DNA of 63,383 nucleotides, from assembly GCF_001194135.2 (NCBI RefSeq), contig NC_068997.1:34168950-34232332 (forward strand). Direction: 5' to 3'. Below, piece by piece: positions 11,729 through 23,675 of the stretch. The position numbers were made by a program, and so were the translations under genes. The notes under the pieces are model-generated. The model was not told the origin of the DNA. It searched no databases and saw only the letters and a list, made by a program, of their open reading frames with translations. The stretch comes from Octopus bimaculoides. Taxonomy: Eukaryota. The first letter of the stretch is position 1. Every line of letters begins with the position of its first letter.

Positions 11729-14247
11729 GACTCTTTCTGGAGAAAAATCTGGAGTGAAGAGGTTTTTAACCAAGATACTCTGTGGCTGGAAGAAATCCGA
11801 AGTCATTGCTCCTGCATTGTACCCAAGACATACAACATTGATGGCGAAACTCTTGCACAAACGCTTGTGATTCAGAAACTCCAGGATGGAAAAACACCTG
11901 GAAGAAACTTGATTGTTGGATATTGGTACAAGAAGCTAACCTTCTACCAACCATATCTTATCCATCTGTACCAGCAAGCTCTCAATGGGAACAGTAGCAT
12001 ATCACACTGCTTAGCTCTGGCAGAGACAAAATTGACCCCCAAATGCAGGACCACCCACACGGCAAAAAACTACCGACCAATTGCATGCCAGAACTTAATG
12101 TATAATATACAAGATACAGCATGCTTAAACCTCTTCCTCGACAGTAGAACAAGCAGCTGCTATATCAGTGGTGCGAGACCACAGGATGAACCAAGTTTCA
12201 ATGTGAATAGACTACAAGAAAGCCTTTGACTCTGTTCCCCATTCATGGATGCTAGAAATCTTTCAACTTCCTAAAGTTCCAATGAGAATAGTCAAAACCA
12301 TAGCTGACCTGACTTTATCGTGGGCCACCATCTTGAAATTAAACACAAAGAGTGACTGTATTATCACTGATAGATTACAGTATCGCAAAGGCATATTCCA
12401 AGGAGACAGCCTCTCTGTGATGTCATTTATACTTTCTGTAAACCCCTTGTCATTCATGTTAAGGAAGTCTGAAGGATGTCTCATTGGTTCACAAGGAAAC
12501 AGAAATACCAAAATTACACACTATTTCTTTGTGGATGACTTGAAACTTTATGCAAAGAATATGCATGAGAGGAAAAAGAGCCTTGACTTAGTTACAACAT
12601 TCCCAAAGGATGTAGGGTTGGAGTTTGGTCAGAATAAATGTTGCTATATGGCTGTGAAAAGGGGGAAAACTATAAACGAGACTAGTAACATCTCCATTAA
12701 TGATTTGACTGTTTCCCCTGTATCTGACGAGGAATGTTACAGGTATCTAGGGGTGGATGAAAATATATCTTACAGTGGCACCTGTAACAAAACATATGTC
12801 TCTAAAGAATATTACAGCCGAATAAAGAAAATTTGGACCTCAGAACTCTCTGCAGTCAATAAAACAGTGGCCCATAATGTGTTTGCAGTTCCAGTACTCA
12901 TACCAACATTTAGACTGCTTGATTGAACGCTTGATGAGATCGGAGCCATTGATGTGAAAACCCGAAAAATACGAACAAGCACACATCATTTCCACATAAA
13001 TGGTGATGTAGACCGCCTCTACCAAAAACGAAAACAAGGCGGAAGAGGCTTAGCATCGATCCAGAATGCCTTTGAATGTCGCATCATATCCCTTCGGCAA
13101 CATCTTTTAACCACCAAGTGTCGAAGTGCATCCCTTGACCAAGTTTGCATACATGAGGCTGGTAACATCATAAGACTTGGAAGGCAATTATTTGAGCAAC
13201 ACTCTTGTCTGATAATCTAGAATACATTCCCAAAGAAGTCGCACGACTCTACCGCAACGTTTCATCAAATGAAAGGATGCGCCTGTTTGAGCAGAAGACT
13301 ATGCATGTATATGTTAGTAGAAAGCTCCGAGATAATAGTAATATTGATTATCAAAGCAGTCCATTATAGACCATTTGCGGGATTACTACCCCTCACTATG
13401 AAGGGTATGCTTTTTTCAATCCAGGAGCAAGAAATATTAACCAAATAGCCGATGCATAAAAGGAGTGGCGATGCAGGAAAAGCAGTAAAATGTGGCAACC
13501 GATGCAGACTTTGTAGAGTTAACACCGAAGATATCAGCCACATCATAAGCAGTTGTCCGAAAATGAAATCCGTCGAAAGGATAACCACGAGGATAAAGAA
13601 ATAAGAACCCATAGTATGTCAGAAGTCATAGCTACTCATAATAAAAAGGAGTACTGGTGGAATGTCCCAGTGAAAACCTCAATAAAATGTAAGCGCAACA
13701 GACGTGATATAATGCTTTGGGTTAGAGAAGAGAAACTGTGCACAGTTGTGGAAGTTATCTGCTCAGCGGCTGTTAGCATAAAGCTGAAGCTCAGAGAAAA
13801 AGAGAATACCTACGCTGAACTATTGATAAATCTGCAGTTACTCTATTCAAATTACAAGTTCAGGTTTATACCTGTAATTATCGGGGCCCTGGGATATGTA
13901 ACACACTGCCTAAATACCAATCTTGAGAAATTAGGCTTCTCAGAACCAGAAAGGAGAAAGCTAATTCGAAGACTACAGATGCAATCCATCATTGGAATTG
14001 TAAAAATCTGTAAAACTTTCCAGAAGTTTATCATTAAAATATGTATGAACATGTCTAGATATGCAACTATATGCATGAGAATACATACATAAAACAAAAC
14101 ATACAAATCTGCACACTTACATACATACATACATACAAATATACCCTGTTGTTGATATTGAAATTCCAATGAAGGAGCTATAGATCTGGGTTAGAAGCCA
14201 GCTCTTTACCTATTGGCAAGAAATCTTGAAATAAAAGTGAACAATGA
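11729..14247 (+). mobile_element. 5'-truncated R4/Dong-clade RLE retrotransposon (fam3) flanked by (CATA)n
   Basis: FWRKIWSE; KNYRPIAC; RT GIFQGDSLS...HYFFVDDLKLY; CRLCRVNTEDISHII (CCHC); RLE region WWNVPVKT...NRRDI...IPVIIGALG; frameshifted. Confidence 0.93.
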
Positions 14248-14253
14248 CATACA

Positions 14254-14288
<35 letters not shown>

Positions 14289-14328
14289 GCATACATACAT
14301 ACATACATGCATACATACATACATACAT
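14248..14328. repeat. (CATA)n microsatellite, 3' flank of R4 element
   Basis: Direct read. Confidence 0.95.
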
Positions 14329-14526
14329 CTCAACAATTAAATTTTCTATGCTCTAAGAGTCTCCATATTTTAGAACAGCATACGTTAAATCTCTACACTC
14401 ATACAACATGTAGTAACTTTGTCTGATTACAACAATTGTTGAGATATAATAAATGGGAAATATTGTTAATGACACAATTTTACAACGTTATAGTAGTATT
14501 CAGTTGTTTAAAGTGCCACACAATAG

Positions 14527-14657
14527 GATGAAGCTCCATTGTGGCGAAAAGAACTTCTGAGACATGCAGTCAACCTGTGCAGATTCACTTTTACCGTTAG
14601 TGAACTTATTATTCATAAACCAGATAATAAAGCAAAAGAAACTCGTCCTTGTTTCAG
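14527..14657 (+). CDS. possible isolated host exon (unidentified)
   Basis: AATAG| acceptor (weak pyrimidine tract), only one open frame DEAPLWRKELLRHAVNLCRFTFTVSELIIHKPDNKAKETRPCF, donor AG|GTACGT; no family recognised. Confidence 0.25.
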
Positions 14658-15059
14658 GTACGTCGTTGTTTGATGCAACTGTTCCTGTAAGCTTCAAGAC
14701 ATCAAGATTCAAATTCATCTTTCGACCGCTCAGCACTTTAGTATTCGGAGCTAAATACTAATTTAGTGAAATTCTGAAGCTCGGTGACACATTATTTATT
14801 TTCGTATAGACCTATTTAAAAGGTGTTACTCTATATATCACATTGCATACTATTGCGCTGTCTATCGTTGGTGTAATTTCAAGATTGTCATATAGTCCAT
14901 ACATGTCGACGCTGTAATACCAGTCTATGTCTGTCTGTATGTATGTATATCTCAATTTCTGTTAATCCTCCACGTACATGTATACAAAACGAAAACGAAT
15001 CTCCTAAGTGTATGGCTTCATTTAGAATTCATCAAATATATCCGGACTTATCAACGATG

Positions 15060-15660
15060 ATTTGTCCTGTTTTGCTCGGAAAACTTTTTTCTCACAGATT
15101 ACCCCTCCGATTACGTTTTGTGAATATTGAGCTTCTGAAAAATGTAATTGAGAAAAATCCAAATCGAACTGCACGAGAATTAGTCATAATTCGGTCATGA
15201 GACGCATCGATGAACGAGGAAACGAGTCTAAACTTGTTCAGTGGATTCCTCATCATCTGGCTGCATCTCAGCTTAAAGAATTGCATTTTGCCCGGACAGA
15301 ATCTACTCAACTGAAGGAAATGAATTCTTTATAATTATATCCAACGAAAGCAACAATGGTTAACCGCCTGACAATGAAAACGAGAATCACCAAACAAGAC
15401 TACTTTCGAAAAATATAATACTCTGTGCTAGTAGTATATGAAGAGTGTCGTCATGTTAAACCAAAACGAAACAGTTGCGTCATCAGTTGCAAGCATTGCT
15501 AAAAAATTTACAGTCAATTATAAAAGGGTGTCGATCTTACATGATAATACAAGACTATATTATATACTAAGATCAAGGAGATCTTAGGAGATATATACTG
15601 TCTAAGATCAAGGATGTCTAAGAACACGGAAGTTTTGCCTCACACATCTTACTTCTCATA
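15060..15660 (+). pseudogene. highly decayed mariner transposase
   Basis: VIEKNPNRTAREL, KLVQWIPHHL (WVPHEL motif), LHDNTRL, VLPHTSY. Confidence 0.7.
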
Positions 15661-16569
15661 TGTGTGTGTGCGTGTGTTTATTCACACAGCTTCCGTGTAT
15701 CAAATTCATTCACAAGGTGCCGCGCAGTAGCAGCGAACTATTACAAAAGGAGTGGTGACAATGACATCAAAATTTCGGCATCCTAGCCTCCATCGGACGA
15801 AGGTTAGGAGGCCGAAACTTCTAAGTCACGGACAACACTCTTCTAGCAAAGTATAGTACATAATATACATTAGTGACAGAGACAGTATTAATACCAAGAT
15901 GTAATATTTATCCCCGCTTAAACGTAGTTGTTCAGTCAGAACAAACTATATAGAGCTGTAATTACCATGAGAGAAAATCTCATATTGGCTTTTGGTACAA
16001 AATATACTCTAGTTTATATCGCTAGTGGAAAGACAAATCCATGCCATCTCCAGCGTCGTAACTACCAAATCACTTGATTTCGCCCCTCCTTTGTGTCGTC
16101 TCTGATGGACGCTCAACTGCTAGAAATAGCAACGATTCATATCCCCGTCAGCGATGTGCAGAATAACAGTACCAGGACAGGCGCTGGTGTCGCAATTAGC
16201 CAGTGAGCTTGTTACAAAATGCATTAGCGACCGAGGCAGTATTAATAGCAAAAGTAATATTTATCCCCACTTAAATGTTAGAACAAACTATACTGCAGTA
16301 GTTACTATGAGAGAAAGTCTTATTCTGGCTTTTTGGTGCAAAAGGCACTCTTGTTTACATTGCTAGTGGAGAGGTAAATTCACCAGATAACGTTATTTCG
16401 ACCTTTCTTGATCTTGTCAATAATGGACATTTGACCGGTAAAGTCATTGACAAAACCTATTTTTGCACCCTTTACCATATGAGAGGATTTTTTTCTCTAC
16501 GGTAACTGCAGTGAATTTTGCTTCACAAACATTTTAACTAACCTAACGTGCACGCGCGCACGCGCACGC

Positions 16570-16625
<56 letters not shown>

Positions 16626-17154
16626 ATACACACTGCATATATGAATATAAAACATACATAAATGTAAATAATGTTTTACTCTTAGCCAAATAGATTGTTT
16701 TGTAAATACCTAAGTGCGAACAGGGAGAAGAAAAGAATATATCCAAATTATTGCAATATTTTGGGCCTCTTGCATAAAAGATTTCTTACTTTATGTCTCG
16801 AGCAATAAAAACAGTCAAGGGCTTGATGGATTAAGAATGGCCTCTTTGGATTATTCAGAGAAATGAATTTATGAATAACGATTGACATTTCTGGACATTG
16901 CTTTGAATCATGAAACGAAGAGACCATTCTCTTACCAAAAATCTTACTGAACGAATATTCTGTATAATATGAACTCTTCTTGCAGTACCAGTTTAAGAAA
17001 GTTAGTTTCTCCCATTAGTAAATAGATATCTTCTTAATTTCCAGATGACGACGAATATATTAATGCCTTTAATTCTTATAATTAGAAACTTTGCTGTTAC
17101 AGCTTTATAAACAAAATACAATACTGCATATCGTTTGTAAAGCAGTGAGCAGGA

Positions 17155-17265
17155 CTAATCGATAGGGGTCGATACAATAAGTACCAGTGAAACACTAGCC
17201 GTCGATGCAATCGACCCACCCACTCTCCCCAATGTGCTGGCTTTGTGCCAAAATTTGAAACCAAT
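17155..17265 (+). mobile_element. SINE family B 3' fragment
   Basis: GGGGTCGATACAATAAGTACCAGT...TGTGCCAAAATTTGAAACC. Confidence 0.7.
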
Positions 17266-17500
17266 GTTATATATCACTCGGTGTATCAGGATCATTCTAA
17301 CGGTCAACCTGGGAATATTTTTAGCGTATGTTCTTTACAAACCAGGTTTCGTATTTAATACTGTTGACATATGAAAGATTTGCCCTAAGAAGACTGGGGA
17401 AATTGCTTACCATGACCCACCAACAAATACCTTCTACTTTCAGCACGGGTGTTCTCTTTTCTTCCTGTGGTACACCTGTGTTTACATATATAAACACATA

Positions 17501-17640
17501 CACACGCACACACATACATAAGCATATATGCATGTGTACATTTATATAGGAGAATGTATGTATACACACGCACACACATACATAAGCATATATGCCTGTT
17601 ATACATTTATATAGGAGGATGTATGTATACACACATATAT
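17501..17640. repeat. ~62-bp minisatellite, ~2.2 units
   Basis: ACACGCACACACATACATAAGCATATATGC...ATAGGAG repeated at 17501 and ~17565. Confidence 0.8.
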
Positions 17641-17827
17641 ATGTTCGCAGTGGCTCTGACGAAAATAACATTCATTTTCTTAGGTCGTTCAATTTTCTTC
17701 ACTTGATCAACAGACCAATTCAGTAAACCTATCAATAATGTACCTATACTGATTACTAGAAAAAGCTGTAAGACAAATTTTCTCTAATAAAGAAATTATA
17801 TGTAATGACCATTACTTTTAACTTGTT

Positions 17828-17891
<64 letters not shown>

Positions 17892-18589
17892 GTCTTCTAT
17901 TTTTTAATTATTACAAATCTTTCACTGATGAGGGACCCGGTTTCCAACAAAGATACAAGGCTCCGTCTTTAGATGTAATTAACACAAACAAATTCACATT
18001 TGGAACTTGGGAAAAGTCTTGCATATTTTTACTGTTCCACTCACAGAATGCACTTGTATGTATGTATGTATGTATGTATGTATGTACTATGTATTACAGC
18101 AGTATCAACGCCAAGCAGTGTTTAGGCATAAACGAACTTTAGGTTAGTTAAAATATGTTTGCGACATATTTCAATTTCTAAAGGCAAATTCACTGCAGTT
18201 ACCATGAGGAAAAAACAAAAAAAAAAACATTCTCTCCAATGCTAAAAAGTTTGAAACGCGTGTGAGAATCCGATAGGGGTCAGGAATGGACGGATATGGT
18301 ATTTTTACATCTTTTTGGCCATAAGACAGAATTTTGTCTCCGCACCTTGAGTTTGATCAACTGTTTAAATTGGATTTGCTACTTACATATCTACGTACCT
18401 GCAGTATACTACCAATACATGATATCTGATGGTTGTTTTGTCTCACAGTGAACCCTATGTTATGGCACCTAACCTACATTTTAATAAATTCTGTAATTAA
18501 TATTTATCTCTCTCTCTATGTATGTACATATGTGTGCGTGCGCGTATGTGTGTATGTGTGTGTGTGTGCGTGTTTGTGTATGTATGTAG

Positions 18590-18636
<47 letters not shown>

Positions 18637-19590
18637 GGTGTCGAAATATAATGGTTCAATGGTATCTGTAGAACTTATATTTCAGGGATAAATCTTAGTT
18701 TCAGTGCGAGAAACAGATTTATAACTTCATCTTTTACGAAATGCTATTCTCTACGATTTTAATCACATTGTAAATACATGTAACAACCATACAGTTTCTT
18801 AGCGTATGAGAAAATTAAATGGAAGAAAATCTAGGCTTCTAACTGAAATAGGACGTAGAAGCTTACGTCTGTGTACTTTATATGTATTTTATATGTGTAT
18901 TTATTGTCTCATATACATATACGTACACATACGCAAATATATGCGTATTCATAAATACACAAATACAAAACACATGCATATTCATACATACTCGTAAACT
19001 ACACAAAAACACACACATATGTAGTTTACGCGTGTATGTTTGTGTGGGTGCGTGTGCAACTTAGTGTAGGTGCGAATGTACATGCACAAGTGTTTTAATA
19101 AAGAAAGTAGCCCGATTTAAAGGCGATAAATTGAATACATCTTCAAAGCTCCAGGCAGGACTCGAACGTTGTTCGCCGACTGAGCTATTTTATAACGTAT
19201 TGACAACTATCTTATAATGTATCTTTCTTCAGATATATTTTAAGTACTTGTATTATCTTACTTCTACTTTCTTCTGTGTTATTAAATAAATGATGTCTAG
19301 AAACTGTTTCGTTTTGTGACTGACAAATGGGCGTTAACGGGCGATTTCTTGAAACTGATAATTGATTCACTCAAGTGGAACATATTTTACTTGTATCGTG
19401 ATTGTTGTCCTTCCATCTTGTAACAAATGAGACGGAGATTTTGTATTAACATTGTTCTTGATATAATTTGAACGGCAACTGTATACTGATTCCCTCCAGC
19501 ACTTCTCAGCCCCTCAACGATTGTCTTTTCATCGTAACTATACTCGTTTGGTGAAATCTATCCGGTTGCACTATTTTATTGTTGTTGTTG

Positions 19591-19632
<42 letters not shown>

Positions 19633-19825
19633 AGGCGGTGAGCTGGCAGAATCATTAGCACGCTGGACGAAATGCTTAAGTGGTATTTCGCCCATTGTTA
19701 CGTTCTGAGTTCAAATTCCGCCGAGGTCGACTTTGCATTTCATCCTTTCGGAGTCGATAAATTAAATACCAGTAGAACACTGAAGTCCATGTAACCGACT
19801 TATCCCCACCTCTCCAAGCTGCCCT
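19633..19825 (+). mobile_element. SINE family B after (TTA)n
   Basis: AAGGCGGTGAGCTGGCAGAATC head; GTTCAAATTCC B-box; core. Confidence 0.85.
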
Positions 19826-19847
19826 TTTGGAAAAAAATTTGGAATTG

Positions 19848-20216
19848 TTACCTCCGTCTTAGCGAAGGCGAAGGATTTGCTTTCAGTCGTGTTTGTTTGC
19901 TTGTTTGTCCGTGGACAAGGTATCTCAAGAATCGCTGGATGGATTCGGATGAAACTTTCAGGAATGTTTGGCCTCTTGACTGGTACGAACTGATTAGATT
20001 TTGGGATCCATCCGGTACCGGACAAGGATTCTGGATTATTTTCCCGGTTTTTTTAACTTAATTTTTGAGAGCGGTCGGGTTCACTTTTAGTATTCTCGTT
20101 TGTGAGAGCAGTGGAGTTTATTTCAGGTATTCGCATTTTAAAAATCATCTCCGGCTAATCGTTGAGAGGACGTTGGTGTTGCCTTGGCGGAGGTTTTCAC
20201 TCTCTGAGTGCTCTTG
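19848..20216 (+). mobile_element. non-autonomous Helentron-associated element (HINE/DINE-like)
   Basis: 5' TTACCTCCGTCTTAGCGAAGGCGAAGG, (GTTT)n tract, GGATGGATTCGGATGAAACTTTCAGG, 3' sub-TIR CCTTGGCGGAGGT and terminal hairpin CACTCTCTGAGTG. Confidence 0.8.
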
Positions 20217-20250
20217 TTGTTGTTGTTTTTACTACTACTACTACTACTAC

Positions 20251-20283
<33 letters not shown>

Positions 20284-20300
20284 CATTATTATTATTAAAA

Positions 20301-20512
20301 TAGTGAGCTGGCAGAATCGTTAGCACGCTGGACGAAATGCTTAAGTGGTGTTTTGACGGTCGCTACATTCTGAGTTCAAATTCTGCCAAGGTCGATTTTG
20401 CCTTTCATCCTTTCGGAGTCGATGAATTAAGTACCAGTGAAACACTGGGGCCAATGATATCGACTAGTCCACTCACTGCAAATTTCAGGCCCTGTGCCTA
20501 TAATAGAAAGGA
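20301..20512 (+). mobile_element. SINE family B embedded in (TTA)n
   Basis: Complete head and core; ends TGTGCCTATAATAGAAAGG followed by (ATT)n. Confidence 0.88.
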
Positions 20513-20541
20513 TTATTATTATTATTATTATTATTATTATT

Positions 20542-20996
20542 GAGTGAAAGAGCCGTGCATGCTATCAAAGTGACACTGGGGTTAAATATACGAAGCTCAA
20601 TATACTCATCATGACTATCCGTCTGATAAGGGTACACCAGACACATGCATCACAACCATAGTACACGACATGGGGATCTTATAACAAGATAATCAGCGCA
20701 TGACCTTGCAGGTGGAGCCCACTTACAATGTTCTTTAGGTCGAGTGGCCCATCCCGCTCAAAAAGCATCTGAATAAGGTTAGTTTTAAGGATGATGAATA
20801 AAACACTGAACTTTCCAGAGGTGAATAATTCAAACCCCAAAGAAATCTTCTCAACACATGGCTATGGTGCTCCCCCACCACTTCTGCTTGGGATCAGAGA
20901 TGTATATATTGTCAACCACCAGGGGACATGCTTAACTGGTTAAAGTGAAACAACTAACAAGCAAATCTGTGGTCGTGAACAGATTATTTGTGTAGT
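20542..20996 (-). mobile_element. non-coding TAA-associated element C (5'-truncated)
   Basis: Homologous to 23676-23985, 24433-24736 and 63123-63383; sense 3' end ...TTTCACTC followed by (AAT)n. Confidence 0.75.
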
Positions 20997-22758
20997 CCAC
21001 AAAACAGATTAGAATGTCTAGAAAAAAATTCCTAACATCGGGTTACAACAAGTAATCTTAGATTCCGAGAACCCTCCTAAGAATCTTAGCTGTCCCTAAT
21101 AACACTGCTTTATGGATCTGTACTAAACTGAGTTTCATGTCTATTTCCTCTATCCATCTTTTCAAATCATTAGGGATAGTTCCTAATCCACCTGCAACTA
21201 CTGGAATGTGTTTTGCCCGCATTTTCCATAGTCTGTAATTCAATGGCTAGGTCCTGGTACTACACTACTTTTCCATTACCTCTCATATTGAGTTTTTCAT
21301 CATTTGGGATTGTAAAGTCAAATATCTACCACTTTCTATTCCCTTTATCGACCACTGCTAAATCATGCGTTGTAGCTTCTATTACTCTGTGAGTCTGAAT
21401 GTTAGAGTCCTGCAACATTTTATATTTCTTATCTTCTAATACTTTACTAGGTTCATATTCATACCATTTGTCAATATTGTCAAATCCTAACTTTCTACAT
21501 AACTCCCAGTAGATTACTCTCCATAGGTTACCATATCTTTTCTTGTATTCCTTCTGTGCCAGCATGTTGCATTCACTTAATATAATGAGTAACACTTTCC
21601 TCTTTTGAGTTGGTTAACCTACATTGGGAATCTACTTGGATTTTGTCTATCTTGGCTTTTATCCAATTCGTCCGTAATGCTTGATCTTGTGCTGCTACTA
21701 ACAAACATTTTGTCTCTCTTTTGAGCTTTCCATTCTGCAACGATGACCATGACTCTAGACTACTATTTGCTGCAACTATCTTTGGAAATTTACCATGCAA
21801 ATCCTTCTCCTGCCAGTCAAATAAATTTTGTTCTTTTTTCTGGTTTTTAACTTTATTCATTGGTTTCCTTATGTCTTGCTGTGACTCTAGCAACTCTTAA
21901 TAAACCTTCTTCACTATTACCTACATATAAGTCTATATCTACTCTAGCTGACTCCACGCAGTCTTCTACAGATATTAGCCCTCTTCCACCTTCCTTTTTG
22001 CTACTCTTGTTCTTGGGTGGAGTCCGCCATTCATATCGAATTCTTTACTAGTTCTTCTGTCTAGCTTTGCTAATTCAGTTTTTGTCTAATCTACAAAAGC
22101 TGCTGATTGTCTAAGTAATGATACTGACCAAGAATTTGCAGCCTTCATTAGATTCGGACCATTTAGCTTTTACTTCTGATGTACCTCTTCTCAATATTCG
22201 TTTTCATTTCTATAATTAATACTATATCAGATTATTATACTCCTAGATATTTATAACTCTCTCTTTCTTTCAATGATTCTAATGTCTAGTCATCTGGTAA
22301 TTGGATGCCTTCACTTTTGACTACCTGTCCCCTTTTTATGGCTAATATTGTACACGTATCTATGCCAAATTCCATACCTGTAACTTTGTTGAGTCTTACA
22401 GTCTGTATTAAGAAATCTATCTCTTTTTCATTCTTACTAAAATGTTTCATATTATCCATGTAGAGCAAATGGTTAATTTTTTCCTTTACTATTTCTGAAT
22501 TGGTACCCTGTCTTTGCCTTCTTTAATACTAAACTGATGGAGATCAAACATAAGACAAATATTAAAGGGGATGACGAGTTTACTTAGAAAATTCCTCTCT
22601 TGATATTAAATTTCCTTATGACTGTGTCACCTGAGTATAGATCTACTTCCCAATACTTTGCTAATTATTTTCTTATATTGTCTGCTATATTGAATATACT
22701 CAAACATTCACTTATCTATGAGTATGGGACTATGTCATAAGCTTTCTTATAATCTATC

Positions 22759-22760
<2 letters not shown>
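20997..22760 (-). mobile_element. decayed R4/Dong element (fam2), 5'-truncated
   Basis: LYMDNMKHF (degenerate YMDD), WQEKDLHGKF...AAQDQALRTNW, LLGTAKILRRVLGI*; 3' UTR matches 62880-62955. Confidence 0.85.

Positions 22761-22812
<52 letters not shown>
22761..22812. repeat. (TTA)n microsatellite spacer
   Basis: Direct read. Confidence 0.95.
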
Positions 22813-22813
<1 letters not shown>

Positions 22814-23425
22814 GTTCAGTAGTTTTATTTTTATAACGTACTTTCACTTCACTACCGAGCGCAGCTCTGTGCGCCTTGGGTATGTGCTGTGGTTTGCTGT
22901 GGTGCTCTTATGTTTACTGTATTGAAAGTGTTTTGCGTAGAATGTGTGCAGTACCCAGTAGTGCAATTTTCTGTATGTTATATATATTTGTAAGTCCTGG
23001 TGTTTTTGTTATGTATTTGTCTGAATATTTTTTTATTATACCTAAGGCACCTACTATGATAGGAATTGTTTCTGTTTTTAGACTCCNNNNNNNNNNTGCT
23101 GTGGTTTGCTGTGGTGCTCTTATGTTTACTGTATTGAAAGTGTTTTGCGTAGAATGTGTGCAGTACCCAGTAGTGCAATTTTCTGTATGTTATATATATT
23201 TGTAAGTCCTGGTGTTTTTGTTATGTATTTGTCTGAATATTTTTTTATTATACCTAAGGCACCTACTATGATAGGAATTGTTTCTGTTTTTAGACTCCAC
23301 ATTCGAGTTATCTCTATTTCCAGGTCTTTGTATTTTGAAAGTTTTTCCATTTCTTTTAGAGAAACGTTGTCATCTGCTGGTATTGATACATCAATTAGAA
23401 AGCATTTTTTTTCTTCATGATCTTT
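22813..23425 (-). mobile_element. R4/Dong fam1 3' fragment (RLE C-terminus plus 3' UTR; gap-flank duplication)
   Basis: CFLIDVSIPADDNVSLKEMEKLSKYKDLEIE...ILRKTLSIQ*; 3' end ACTACTGAAC followed by (AAT)n. Confidence 0.92.
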
Positions 23426-23450
23426 GACATTATTATCATTATTATTATAA

Positions 23451-23662
23451 AGGCGGTGAGCTCGCAGAATCGTTAGCACGTTGGGCAAAATGCTTAGCGA
23501 TGTTTCGCCCGCCTTTACGTTCTGAATTCAAATTCCGCTAAGGTCGACTTTGCCTTTCATCCTTTCGAGATCGATAAATTAAGTACCAGTGAAACACCGG
23601 AGTCGATGTAACTGACTATCCCCCCCACCCCAAATTTCAGGCATTGTACTTATAGTAGAAAT
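23451..23662 (+). mobile_element. SINE family B embedded in (TTA)-type repeats
   Basis: AGGCGGTGAGCTCGCAGAATCG head to ...TATAGTAGAAAT. Confidence 0.85.
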
Positions 23663-23675
23663 AATAATTATTATT

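Noticed and set aside
15870-16380. ~355-bp-period duplicated block
   Set aside because: Real but diverged, with no coding or structural signal; ordinary repeat decay.
16700-17100. ~88-codon open frame on minus and acceptor-like TTTCCAG at ~17043
   Set aside because: No recognisable motif; other frames are full of stops; consistent with chance.
17911-17945. CTGATGAG, resembling a hammerhead ribozyme core
   Set aside because: No stem II followed by GAAA; the fold cannot be completed.
22884-23290. ~200-bp tandem duplication within the fam1 3' fragment
   Set aside because: The copies flank a 10-N gap exactly; assembly artefact.
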